NCBI GenBank assembly: GCA_963818475.1
Contig: CAWFSF010000003.1
Span: 64,001 to 128,000, forward strand
DNA: 64,000 bases
Source of the DNA: Nitrospirota bacterium
GTDB taxonomy: Bacteria > Nitrospirota > UBA9217
Direction: 5' to 3'
Shown here: positions 30,368 to 39,981 of the stretch, piece by piece
How the letters are laid out: each line of letters begins with the position of its first letter
Numbering within the stretch: the stretch's first letter is position 1
Position numbers and translations under genes: made by a program
The notes under the pieces: generated by a model
Told to the model about the DNA's origin: nothing
The model's input: the letters and a program-made list of their open reading frames with translations, nothing else
Databases searched by the model: none

Positions 30368-32899
30368 TCAGGAACGCCGCTCGCCCGGCTTTTTGTCCAG
30401 GGCTGCGCGAACGGCAGCGACAAGCTCCTCGGGCAGAAATGGTTTGGAAAGGAAATCATGCCCTTCGGCATGCACCCGTTTGCTGTCGATAATGTCCGCG
30501 GTGTAGCCGCTCATGAACAGCACCTTGACGTCCGGCCTGGCCGAGCTCGCCGCGTCATAGACCTCGCGTCCGTTCTTCTTCGGCATGATCACATCGAGCA
30601 GCAGCAGCTGGATCCGGTCTTTGTTCTCGGCATATTTGCGCAAGGCGTCCTCGCCGTCCATGGCCTCGATGACCTGGTACCCGGCATCCCGAAGCGAGCT
30701 GCTCGCCATGCGCAGCACTTCCGGGCTGTCTTCGGCAACGAGGACGGTCTCGGTCCCGCGCGTCGGGGCCGCTGCTGCTGCCGGCTTCAGGGCGCTGGCA
30801 GGAAAGGGGATCATAGGCAGATAGACCCTGAAGGTCGAGCCGCCTCCGGGCCTGCTTGCCACATCGACAAAACCGCCATGCTGCTTGACGATGCCGTACA
30901 CGATCGACAGGCCGAGGCCCGTTCCCTTGCCGACCTCCTTGGTCGTATAAAAGGGGTCGAAGATCTTCTCCCGCATGCGCTCGTCCATGCCCGTGCCCGT
31001 GTCCGTGACCGAAAGCAGACCGTAGCTGCCCGGCCTGCCGATCCCCTGGTCCCCGGCCAAAGACTCGTCAAGGTCCGTGCGTTCCGTGGCAATGGTCAGG
31101 GTCCCGCCGTTCGGCATGGCGTCCCGCGCATTGGAGCAGAGGTTCATCAGGATCTGCTCGGTCTGGCCCCGGTCCGCCATGACGATGAGCTCGCCTGCGG
31201 CCGGGATCGTGACCAGCTCCACATCCTCGCCGATGATCCGAAGCAGCAGCTTCTCGACGCCCGACACGATCTCGTTCAGATCCACTGGCCCGGGCGAGAT
31301 CGCCTGTTTCCGGCTGAAGGCGAGCAGGCTCCTGGTCAGGTTCGCTCCCCGTTTGGCCGCCGCGGCGATGTGGTCGCTCACCGTTGCCAGTGCCTCGTCG
31401 TGCTGCAGCTTTTTTTTCAGGATTTCGGCGTAGCCGAGCACGGCGGTCAGGATATTGTTGAAGTCATGGGCGATCCCGCCGGTCAGCGTTCCCACTGCCT
31501 CCATTTTCTGCGCCTGGTTAAGCTGTTCTTCGAGCTTGCGCTTGGCCGTGATGTTATGGATGATCTCGATGGCCGACACGACCGTGCCGGCCTTGTTCCG
31601 CATGGGAAAGGACTTTGTCTCCACAAAGACCTCATCACCCCGGCTGTCATGGTGCGTATGCAGGGCAGTGTGGGATTTCCCCGTTTCAAAGGTCTTCCGC
31701 ACCGTGCACTCCTCGCCGGTCTCATAACAGGGCTGCTGCTGCTTGTGCGAAACCTCGTAGCAGTGCTTGCCGATGATATCGTCCACGTCCATTTTCACCT
31801 GGGCTGCGTAGGCGTGGTTCGCCATGAGGATCCGGAAGTCCCGGCCGATGACCACAAACGCCTCATCCACTGCCTCCAGCACGTTCTTCACAAATTCTTC
31901 GGCATGCTTTCGCTCGGTGATGTCCAGGATCATCCCGGAGAGCGTATCTTTGTCAAGGGTGGCGCTGATCAAAACGTTCTTGATCCCGCCTGAACGCGTC
32001 CTCAGCTCAAGTTCGAAGTTCCTCACCCTGCCCGTCTGCTGCAATGCCGCAAGCAGGGCTTCCCGCTGCGCCGGTCTGCTGTAATGGCTTGCCGCCTTGC
32101 CCGCAGCCATCAGCTGCTCCGCGGAATCGTACCCGAACATGCGCGCAAGCGCTTCATTCGCGTAGAGGAATCGACCGGACACCGTGGTGCGATAGATCCC
32201 GACCAGCGCCGTGTCCACGAGGTCCCGGTATTTTTTCTCGGAATCCCTGAGCGCCTCCTCGGTCCGCTTGCGGCCCGTGATGTTCCGGACGATCTCGATG
32301 CCCGCCATGATCCTGCCGTCTGCGTCACGCACTGACGACGCCGTGATCTCGACAAAGAGCGTTCCGTTGTCCGTCACGGCGCTGCGCTCGACCGTATGGA
32401 CGCCGCCGTCCCGGTACGAAAGGGCAACGGGGCAGCCGTCACAGATCTGGTCGCCATGCTGGTATGCTGCGTAGCAGAATTCGCCCTGGTGGTCTCCCAC
32501 CAGGTCCCGGTGTTTCTGGTTCTGGAACAGGATGCGGAAATCCGCGTCCTGGATGCTGATGCCGTCTCCCATGGCGGCAATGATCGCTTTGGTCCGCGCT
32601 TGTTCCTCTTCAGCCTTCTGCATCGCTGCCTGCAGCGATGCACCGGCATGGCGGCGCTCTTCGGCAAAACGCCGGATGAGGGCGTAGACCAGCGCGGCGG
32701 TCACCACGACGTAGAGCCAGCCTTTATAGGTTTGCAGCCGGGTCAGCGCCAGGGGATCGGCAATGAAGAAGGCAAGCACCCTGTCTGAGAAGAGGATCCA
32801 GAACCCGCCGAGCAGAACATAGATGGCGGCGATCCTGAAAGGGGTGAGGCGCATACGGGGATGTGTTGGGTCTGCTGCTGGAACCGGATGGTCAGCCAT
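30368..32899 (-). CDS. Hybrid sensor histidine kinase (2 TM, 3 PAS, HisKA, HATPase, REC)
   Basis: AHDFNNIL, NARDAMP, GKGTGLGL, C-terminal receiver. Confidence 0.93.
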   Translation of the reverse strand: MADHPVPAADPTHPRMRLTPFRIAAIYVLLGGFWILFSDRVLAFFIADPLALTRLQTYKGWLYVVVTAALVYALIRRFAEERRHAGASLQAAMQKAEEEQARTKAIIAAMGDGISIQDADFRILFQNQKHRDLVGDHQGEFCYAAYQHGDQICDGCPVALSYRDGGVHTVERSAVTDNGTLFVEITASSVRDADGRIMAGIEIVRNITGRKRTEEALRDSEKKYRDLVDTALVGIYRTTVSGRFLYANEALARMFGYDSAEQLMAAGKAASHYSRPAQREALLAALQQTGRVRNFELELRTRSGGIKNVLISATLDKDTLSGMILDITERKHAEEFVKNVLEAVDEAFVVIGRDFRILMANHAYAAQVKMDVDDIIGKHCYEVSHKQQQPCYETGEECTVRKTFETGKSHTALHTHHDSRGDEVFVETKSFPMRNKAGTVVSAIEIIHNITAKRKLEEQLNQAQKMEAVGTLTGGIAHDFNNILTAVLGYAEILKKKLQHDEALATVSDHIAAAAKRGANLTRSLLAFSRKQAISPGPVDLNEIVSGVEKLLLRIIGEDVELVTIPAAGELIVMADRGQTEQILMNLCSNARDAMPNGGTLTIATERTDLDESLAGDQGIGRPGSYGLLSVTDTGTGMDERMREKIFDPFYTTKEVGKGTGLGLSIVYGIVKQHGGFVDVASRPGGGSTFRVYLPMIPFPASALKPAAAAAPTRGTETVLVAEDSPEVLRMASSSLRDAGYQVIEAMDGEDALRKYAENKDRIQLLLLDVIMPKKNGREVYDAASSARPDVKVLFMSGYTADIIDSKRVHAEGHDFLSKPFLPEELVAAVRAALDKKPGERRS

Positions 32900-33087
32900 A
32901 GGGGTCCTTTTTTCTTTTCAGGCCGGAACAAGCAACGGTGCTTTTTACCATAAAGGAGGGCACTGCAAAAAAACTTCGGTTTTACTGCTGTTTTTCTGCC
33001 TGTCCCCGTGGCAGCTCAGATCTTATTACCGGTGATATTATACCTTCCTCACTTGAAAATTCAATACGGAAAACGGTATAGCGATCG

Positions 33088-33310
33088 TACGACTAAAGGG
33101 AGGGGCCCCGATTCACGGTAACCGGACGCAGGAAAAAAGATCAGCAACAGGCAAGAGACCCGTAAAGGGAAGACGCGACAGAAAGGAATGCGCAGGATAC
33201 CGCACCGGAAAGCGAATTTGCAAGAGGATCGTAATCGTTCTCAGCCACAGTCTTCGGAATCTCGCTGGCAGGTCGCTTCATTGAGCTGAAACTCAGCTCT
33301 TTGTTATTTT
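33088..33310 (+). ncRNA. Candidate GGA-rich small RNA (Csr/Rsm-like)
   Basis: TTGAAA-18-TATAGC upstream, 9 GGA motifs, hairpin plus U-rich tail, no ATG-started ORF of note. Confidence 0.35.
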
Positions 33311-33495
33311 CACGTGGGGCCGCAGTTCAGAGAACAGCTGTTTTTTGTTGTTTTCCGGTCGTCCTCGGGAAGATGGCATTTCTTATACTTCTTGCCGCTC
33401 CCGCACCAGCAAAGGTCGTTCCGCTCCGGTTTGGTCGCGGGGCCGGTCATTTCGCTGTTGCCGAACAGCGCGCTTATTTTTTCAAAAAGTCCCAT
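33310..33495 (-). CDS. Small SEC-C motif protein
   Basis: RNDLCWCGSGKKYKKCH; RBS AAGGAG. Confidence 0.85.
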   Translation of the reverse strand: MGLFEKISALFGNSEMTGPATKPERNDLCWCGSGKKYKKCHLPEDDRKTTKNSCSLNCGPT

Positions 33496-33798
33496 ACGAT
33501 ACTACTCCTTTGCAGTTCTCATACAGCAATTGACGGAATTATACCGCACCCGAAACCATGGACACAAGAAAAAGTTACCAACTGATGCGCCCTGCATTCG
33601 GCACAGCGGCATGCATGACCCCGCTGATTTGCAGTATAAGCGGCAGAGTATCTCCGGTCGTGCCCGCGTGCGCTCTGTGCAAACGAAAAGCCGTCAAGGT
33701 CAGCGCCTGACGGCCTTTCAATGGAACATGCAATTAATTCGGACTTTGGCAGCTGAAGCGAGGTTCTCGACTGCCTTCGCAATTGCTTCCGGAAGCGT

Positions 33799-34002
33799 CT
33801 ACCCGCGAACTCTTTTGAGCGTGCCGTTGTTGAGCATCTGATGGAACTGGGCAAGCAGGGCCTGTTCTTCTTTATCCAGATGACCGTCAGCCTGCGCGTG
33901 GTCCATGATCTGCTGATATTCGCTCGGCGTTATCTCAAGGTCGCTGATGGCCTGGTTAATGAGCTCTTTCAGACCTGCTGCGGATTTGCTTGGCTTCTCC
34001 AT
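33799..34002 (-). CDS. Small conserved hypothetical protein
   Basis: 67 aa, RBS GGAGG, DxxIT.xEY...ADG.LD.EE pattern. Confidence 0.7.
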   Translation of the reverse strand: MEKPSKSAAGLKELINQAISDLEITPSEYQQIMDHAQADGHLDKEEQALLAQFHQMLNNGTLKRVRG

Positions 34003-34165
34003 CGATGTCCTCCCGGAAATTCAGTAGTGATTTAAGTACCGTAGTTTACCCGTACCCGCGGCCGCTGTCAACCCTATACCACGGGATGGTGCCGCTTCGC
34101 ACTTTGGTATGACCAGAGACTTTCCGCCCTGGAATAATGCGGAGTCTCAGGTGAGGTACTTTCCC

Positions 34166-34495
34166 CTAGCTGATCGAGAACAACGGCGCATGGATCGATT
34201 CGCTCCGACAGACCGGGCACCTGCCGGGCCTGCTGAGCCGCCCCCGCTTTTCGAAAACGAATCCGCATTTCACGCATTCCGCCGGTTGGACAATAAATTT
34301 CCTTCCCGTTCGGTGGAGCGACGTCCGGATGTGCTCAAGGTGGCCGGCGACCTCTTTTTCCGGGATCCCGACCATTCCCGACACATCAATTGCAGACAGC
34401 AACCCCGACTCAAGGGCATATATGATCGATTGACGGATTGTATCGTGCGCCGCGGGAAGATCGCGCTGGTCGAGATTTCGCTTTGCTTTCCCCAT
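34166..34495 (-). CDS. Transcriptional regulator, HTH fused to zinc ribbon (COG3357-like)
   Basis: EKEVAGHLEHI, PAECVKCGFVF, PGRCPVCRSESI. Confidence 0.85.
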   Translation of the reverse strand: MGKAKRNLDQRDLPAAHDTIRQSIIYALESGLLSAIDVSGMVGIPEKEVAGHLEHIRTSLHRTGRKFIVQPAECVKCGFVFEKRGRLSRPGRCPVCRSESIHAPLFSIS

Positions 34496-34520
34496 CGAGG
34501 AACCCGTGAGAGCCCATTAT

Positions 34521-34685
34521 CCTAAAAAGGGCATTTGGACACGGAAGAATCGGAAACATCTGATTAACGCGGATAAATTCTAAAGCAAAGCATTCACCTG
34601 TTGGGTGAACCTCTTATAAAAGAAATAATCCGCCGTTATCCGGCTCTTATCCGTGTTGATCCGTGTCCAAATGCTTTTTTTAAGG
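34521..34685. mobile_element. MITE copy 2 (5-bp TSD ATTAT)
   Basis: Same element as 15997-16182, 21 bp shorter internally. Confidence 0.85.
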
Positions 34686-34757
34686 ATTATGCTGGCCGGT
34701 TATTCATCCGGCCCCGCGCTGATGACGCATCCGGAAACCCGGTTCCTTTTGCGGCCG

Positions 34758-35198
34758 TCACTTCGCGTACGTCGCGAGTGACAGCCGTTCCATCAGGAGT
34801 CCCTTGCACTGATCTCCGCTCCTGGTCGCGCGCGCGGACGGTCTCCCCGAGCGCAGGAACCCGTAGTGGGTAAAATAGCTGGCATAGCGGGACGCGTACA
34901 GGCGCTTCACTGCTGCGTGTTCCTGCAGGTGCTTGATGATCGTTGAGCCGATGCCTTTCCTTCTGCTGTCTTCGAACAATGAAACGCATCCCGCCTCGTT
35001 TTCCTTTTTAAGGATGCCAAAACCGATAATGCGCCGCTCTTCCGACGCGACCACGACTTCGGCAAGCTTGAGGTCGGAATCCGTATGGTGCTTTCTGAGA
35101 TATTCTTCGACATCCACAAGGTCGCTCTCCGTTGCATGCCGGATTGTTACCATTTTCCCTGTGATGCCCGATATCCCCGTTTTCTGAGGATCAGACAT
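34758..35198 (-). CDS. GNAT-family acetyltransferase-like protein
   Basis: IRHAT..D, IIGFG, RRKGIGS, YF...GF. Confidence 0.75.
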   Translation of the reverse strand: MSDPQKTGISGITGKMVTIRHATESDLVDVEEYLRKHHTDSDLKLAEVVVASEERRIIGFGILKKENEAGCVSLFEDSRRKGIGSTIIKHLQEHAAVKRLYASRYASYFTHYGFLRSGRPSARATRSGDQCKGLLMERLSLATYAK

Positions 35199-35343
35199 AG
35201 TATCCGCCCCCCCTCTTTCCTTCTACTTTCGATCCTGCAAAGCCGCCCGCAACCGCCCTTGGGCGTCCTTAACAGGATAGTTCAACTCTTGTTTTTAGGA
35301 TAACACCTCGTTCGCGTGCTGTCAAGGAGGTCGAGGGTCGCGA

Positions 35344-35643
35344 TCAACACCCCGCGGGTTTCCTGAAATAGGTCGCTTCGTTCTTGCCGTCCCTGTTGAT
35401 GTACCTCACCTTGATGTCATCGTCCACCTTGACCCGTTTTTCTTTCAGCTTGTTCAGGGTCGACGTATCTTCCGGTCTGATCGTGATCGTCACCTCCTGC
35501 CCCTCATAGGTGGTAACAACAACGGTCTTCGTTTCAAGATCGATGCTCTTTACCCTGCCGCTGATCTTTTCTTCCGCTCCGGAAGCACCGGCCAGGAACG
35601 TTAAACACAGCGCGGCCAGAATGAACGCGATCTTCCTTTTCAT
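35344..35643 (-). CDS. Small periplasmic OB-fold-like protein ending in ...AGC
   Basis: Signal peptide, ISGRVKSID, RBS AAGGAGG; follows cytochrome gene. Confidence 0.75.
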   Translation of the reverse strand: MKRKIAFILAALCLTFLAGASGAEEKISGRVKSIDLETKTVVVTTYEGQEVTITIRPEDTSTLNKLKEKRVKVDDDIKVRYINRDGKNEATYFRKPAGC

Positions 35644-35656
35644 AGCAATCCCTCCT

Positions 35657-37453
35657 TTAGTGCGTGAACGCCCCATCCTCGTAAGCCTTCTTTACCCGCT
35701 CATACTGCTTTTTATCCTTTATCCCGGGCAGGGAAAAACTCCCCTTGAGACTCCACGCATCCTTGAGCAATGCGAGCCCCTCCGGTATGGCCCCGCCGGC
35801 GTCCTTGAAATCGGCGACGCGGAGGCCTTGCCCATCGGCGATGATCGTGTACTCGCCGTCTTCAACGTCTTTGTACGACCCTCCCGCGAACTTGACCGTG
35901 ATCCGCTGTGCCGTCGATGCGTGGCAGCTTTCGCAGGCCCTCGCCTTCCCTGTTCCGTGTGCAACCCGATCGACATTCAGCCAGGCCATGGCGTTCCGGT
36001 CAATGTCGTCAAGGCTCCGTATGAGCTTGGTCACGGCGAAGGAGTCGTTCGAAGCATAACGCCGCTGAATAGCAACATCGGGCTTGTTCCGGAAAAGGAG
36101 CCTGCGCGATATTTTTACCTCCTCCGCCTTGACATTGCCCGACAGGTGAGGAACAACATGCACCGGTATCCACAGGCCCTTGGGGTTCCTTATCAGAAGC
36201 GGCGTCGTCGCGCCGGTCAGATAATCCTGGATCCTCGTAAGCGGATTTTCCTTGCCCCGCATGCCCACTGCCGACCAGAAGTTAAAGGCATATCCGCCGA
36301 TCAGGGCTGTGTGGCATGCTGCGCAGTCCACTTTTTTATGCGGGCCGCTGTTGTGGGCCCGGACGACAGGAGCATGGCATTTTTCGCACGCCACGTCCCT
36401 TCGCAGATCTCCGTGAAATCCGGTGGCTTTGTTGGGCTCATGGCAGTCCACGCAGGAGATGTTCTTTTGCATATGGACATCCGTCTGTTCCTTCAGGATG
36501 GCCGTTCCTTCGGGGCTTGCCTGGGTGAACTCCTGCCGGAGATACCCGTCTCCCCGCCGTCTCTCCAGCGGCCCGGCGTGGCAGGCGAACGATCTCCCGC
36601 CGCCGTAACAGGCAAGGGGCGCCGGCTTTTTAACAAAGGTATGGGGCCCGTCACCCGGGTTCTCTGCGCTCCTCTTCCGGACCTCGAGGTGGCAGTCCAG
36701 GCAGCCGACGTGGCACTGGTTGCAGTTCCTCTGCGAATTGTAACCGTCTTTTTCAGAGAGGGGCATGGTGGAATGCTCGTTGTAATACTTGATATTCTCA
36801 TCGCTGAAACGCGCATGGTCCGGCTTCGACAGAACGCCCATCCACAGGCCGCAGCTCTGCGGCCCCGTTCTGCCGGTCCATGTCCGGTACTGGCTCTGCG
36901 TATGCGCGCCTGTTCCCCCGCCCATCGGGCTCTTCAGAAAGCTCCGCACGATCTCAGCGTGGCATTTTCCGCAGGTCTTTTCTGTGATCACGGGATCGAA
37001 CGCAAGGGTGCCGGGGTTCTTATCGTGGTAGATGATGGTCTTATAATCAGGATTGTCTTTGAGCACGCCGTCATAGAGTCGCTTCGGAAAGAGCTGTGTG
37101 GCCCGGCTGTCGCCCCTCGGTTCCAGGTCCGGCCAATCCCTGACATCCTCCGGCGCCATGCTGCTTCTGGCTGTTGCCTCCCACGTCTTCTGCCGCACTG
37201 CCCTGAGCATGAGCATCCCCCCATGCGCATCCTCTTTGGAAGCGGCGCCGGCATTGCCCAGATGGCAGTCCGGGCAAGACGCGGGCATATGGGTCTGGGC
37301 CCTGGCCTCTGCCGGGGACAGGGCGAACTGCGGATAGCCTGAGTCCCTCATCTTTTGGGAACTTCCATGACAGTCGTTGCAGTCTTCAGCAATGGCCTTC
37401 CCGGCGTTCAGCAGGACCGCCATCATCAGCATGAACCATATTGAGTTTCTCAT
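35657..37453 (-). CDS. Periplasmic multiheme cytochrome c (9 CxxCH + 1 CX8CH)
   Basis: Signal peptide; CNDCH, CPDCH, CGKCH, CNQCH, CLDCH, CVDCH, CEKCH, CAACH, CESCH; CYGGGRSFACH. Confidence 0.92.
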   Translation of the reverse strand: MRNSIWFMLMMAVLLNAGKAIAEDCNDCHGSSQKMRDSGYPQFALSPAEARAQTHMPASCPDCHLGNAGAASKEDAHGGMLMLRAVRQKTWEATARSSMAPEDVRDWPDLEPRGDSRATQLFPKRLYDGVLKDNPDYKTIIYHDKNPGTLAFDPVITEKTCGKCHAEIVRSFLKSPMGGGTGAHTQSQYRTWTGRTGPQSCGLWMGVLSKPDHARFSDENIKYYNEHSTMPLSEKDGYNSQRNCNQCHVGCLDCHLEVRKRSAENPGDGPHTFVKKPAPLACYGGGRSFACHAGPLERRRGDGYLRQEFTQASPEGTAILKEQTDVHMQKNISCVDCHEPNKATGFHGDLRRDVACEKCHAPVVRAHNSGPHKKVDCAACHTALIGGYAFNFWSAVGMRGKENPLTRIQDYLTGATTPLLIRNPKGLWIPVHVVPHLSGNVKAEEVKISRRLLFRNKPDVAIQRRYASNDSFAVTKLIRSLDDIDRNAMAWLNVDRVAHGTGKARACESCHASTAQRITVKFAGGSYKDVEDGEYTIIADGQGLRVADFKDAGGAIPEGLALLKDAWSLKGSFSLPGIKDKKQYERVKKAYEDGAFTH

Positions 37454-37541
37454 ATGAGCACCGTGTCCTTTTTATCCTGGAATGGATGACCTGATGCTTA
37501 ATTATACCCAAAACTGACGCAGCTGATCGCGCTGGAGTTAT

Positions 37542-38153
37542 TTAGTGGCCGAAAGAATCGCGAAGGTCCGGACCGGGGGATTCGAGCGTACGCTCCAGAT
37601 CGGGGTCCAGCCTGATATAGGTTCTGACAATCCCGCTCTGCAGGGAGTAGGAAACGAGCAGGACGTCGGTCCTTCCGAACTCCAGCGGGGAATAGAGGGG
37701 CCTCGCCTCATAACCGATCGTTCCGCCGGCTTCATCCATGATCCTGCGGAGCTGCGTCTGGACCACACGCCGGATGCTGCAACGAACAAAAGAATCAGCT
37801 TCCCTGAGGGCCTGCGGTCCGGTCAATCCCTTTTTTACCTGGTAGGAGGTCGGGGTATCGTAAATTTCAACGGGATACCTGCTCCCTTCGTCGACCAGGA
37901 CCGCAAGGTTCTTGATGTCGTCGGAATAATGACAGCCATAAAGCAGAAGGGTATAGGTGCCCTTCAGTTCTGCAGCGTCTGCCGGGCCGGTGGCGAGCTG
38001 TTTGCCGGCAGCACAGGCTTGCAGCGTGAGCGCGAGGAGCGGCACAAGGAACAAGCATCTCGTGGCGTGCCTGATCATTTCGAATCCTTCTTTTGTCACT
38101 ACAGCTGAGCTCTGATAAAAAAGTCCTGCAGATCTGATCCTCTGCTGTTCCAA
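37542..38153 (-). CDS. Putative lipoprotein
   Basis: LTLQAC lipobox after hydrophobic stretch; true start probably at MIRHAT. Confidence 0.7.
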   Translation of the reverse strand: MEQQRIRSAGLFYQSSAVVTKEGFEMIRHATRCLFLVPLLALTLQACAAGKQLATGPADAAELKGTYTLLLYGCHYSDDIKNLAVLVDEGSRYPVEIYDTPTSYQVKKGLTGPQALREADSFVRCSIRRVVQTQLRRIMDEAGGTIGYEARPLYSPLEFGRTDVLLVSYSLQSGIVRTYIRLDPDLERTLESPGPDLRDSFGH

Positions 38154-38231
38154 ACGGCGACCCGAAGAAAAAAAAGAGCATGATTTTCATCATGCTCATA
38201 TTTTCATCCTAACCGGCTATTTCCCTTTCCG

Positions 38232-38501
38232 CTATGCAGCTTTCTTATGGAATGAACGGATCATATCCGGGGTAAACTTCCCAACTTCCACGATCCTTGC
38301 GGTGCTCTGCAGGAAGGTCGGAACGATCTTTACGGCATCTTCGCGGGTATTCGCGTCAACGATCGCATAGCCCGTATGGTCGCCGGCCATGCACCCATAA
38401 TCAAATTTGCCCAGGACGTCCGTTCCTTTTGCCAATTCCTCATCCAATGCTTTGAGACAATCTTCCGCTTTATGCGGTGTCTGGATCAAATAACGTTTCA
38501 T
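38232..38501 (-). CDS. Small conserved hypothetical protein
   Basis: 89 aa, RBS GAGG, PH..EDC...GC..GDH.G motif. Confidence 0.75.
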   Translation of the reverse strand: MKRYLIQTPHKAEDCLKALDEELAKGTDVLGKFDYGCMAGDHTGYAIVDANTREDAVKIVPTFLQSTARIVEVGKFTPDMIRSFHKKAA

Positions 38502-38902
38502 AGTGACCCTCCTCTTAAAGTCCGAAGCGCTAAACCTTCGACCGACCTTCAGACTTGGATACAGGACGCATGTGGTCCTTTTACTATTTTAGTATAGCGC
38601 TCTTGAATGACATTGTCAAAAATGCAGGAATCCTTTAGCCGCAGATCCTGGTACGGTGCCTTCACCCTGCAGTTCTTCATTCTTTGCGGGATTGTGTTCG
38701 TGCTCGCTTCGCCTCCGTAAAAGAAATTAACTGCTTACGAGCTCATCATTGAAGTCTCTTTCTATCAGATAGTTGCAGGTCATCCCGATAGAATTAAATT
38801 TTTTCTTTCGGGAACAAAATCCGTCCTTATCCTGTCTCATACAGTAGAAACAGCAAAAGACGATTGTCTTTATTTCCCACCGGGACGACAAAGGAGAAGG
38901 CT

Positions 38903-39712
38903 ATGAGAAACAGATTGATCGGGATCGTCGTGGCAGTACTACTATCAGCAGCACCGGTATTCGGGCATGGCAGCGCCCCTCTGGCAGGAGACGTGTCTGT
39001 CGAGATCATCTCGGACAGCGGGAGCGCGTTCCGGAACTTTCCGGCTTCAGACCACAGGAAGGACGAAACCCGCCTTATCAAAAAGTATCTTGAGGCGAAA
39101 AAGGGAGAGAACTACGGCATCGTGATCAGGAACAATTCTGCGGAACGCCTGGGCGTGGTCATTGCCGTTGACGGCAGAAACATCATTTCAGGCGCACGAT
39201 CGGACCTCAGGAGCAATGAGGCGATGTACCTGGTGAATGCCTACGAGCACGCGCGATACGACGGGTGGAGGACCACGGACAACGAGGTGCACCGGTTCTA
39301 CTTTACCGAGCCAGCGGACTCCTACAGCGTCCGTACCTTTTCCGATTCATCAGCCATGGGCGTGATAGCCGTCGCTGTATACCGGGAGAAGGACCGGCCG
39401 CAGCCGCTGTTCGATATGAGCAGGAAGGAGGCTGCGCCAGCCGCGCCTTCAATGGACCATACCGGGCAGAGCCAGGGAAAAGCACTCGCCGGCGAGAGCG
39501 CGGGCACGGGTTTCGGTGACTCGCGTTATTCTCCGGTGGTGCAAGTCGCATTCGAACCAGAGAGCGTCCCGGTCCAGAAGACCCTGCTCAAATATGAGTG
39601 GCGGGAAACGCTCTGCAAAAAAGGCATCCTGCAATGCGGGAAGGAGAGGAAGAACCGGTTGTGGGATAACGATGGGTATGCGCCCTATCCTCCGGGATAC
39701 CCGCGGAGTTAA
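38903..39712 (+). CDS. Secreted conserved hypothetical protein
   Basis: Signal peptide, VIAVDGRNIISG, GWR, MGVIAVAVYRE, GTGFG; RBS AAGGAG. Confidence 0.8.
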   Translation: MRNRLIGIVVAVLLSAAPVFGHGSAPLAGDVSVEIISDSGSAFRNFPASDHRKDETRLIKKYLEAKKGENYGIVIRNNSAERLGVVIAVDGRNIISGARSDLRSNEAMYLVNAYEHARYDGWRTTDNEVHRFYFTEPADSYSVRTFSDSSAMGVIAVAVYREKDRPQPLFDMSRKEAAPAAPSMDHTGQSQGKALAGESAGTGFGDSRYSPVVQVAFEPESVPVQKTLLKYEWRETLCKKGILQCGKERKNRLWDNDGYAPYPPGYPRS

Positions 39713-39981
39713 GCAAGCGCTCAATGTGCCTGAACTGCGACAGGCTTGGAAAAGCAAACCAGGCCTGTCGCGATCTTTCAGGGCAGGTGCTGGAAATGAA
39801 ACCACCCAATGACCAGACCTGCTTTAGCCCATAAAACGGGAACATCAAATTAAAGATCTGTTCCTCGAGCTTTCTGTCAGATACCCCGAAAATACCCCAT
39901 CGAAAACCTTGCAAAGACAGTTTGTCTACAGTAATATCTTCCAGCGGATGCATTTTTTCTCAGGGCGGCGAGAGGGAGTAT

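Noticed and set aside
35290-35346. Gly-Cys-TGA as a selenocysteine codon
   Set aside because: No convincing SECIS hairpin; downstream sequence looks like a promoter (TTGACA) for the next gene
30458-37342. Long plus-strand ORFs (30458-31993, 35510-37342; also 7119-8117, 18985-20226, 52623-53627)
   Set aside because: Antisense shadows of well-supported genes in GC-rich DNA; no motifs
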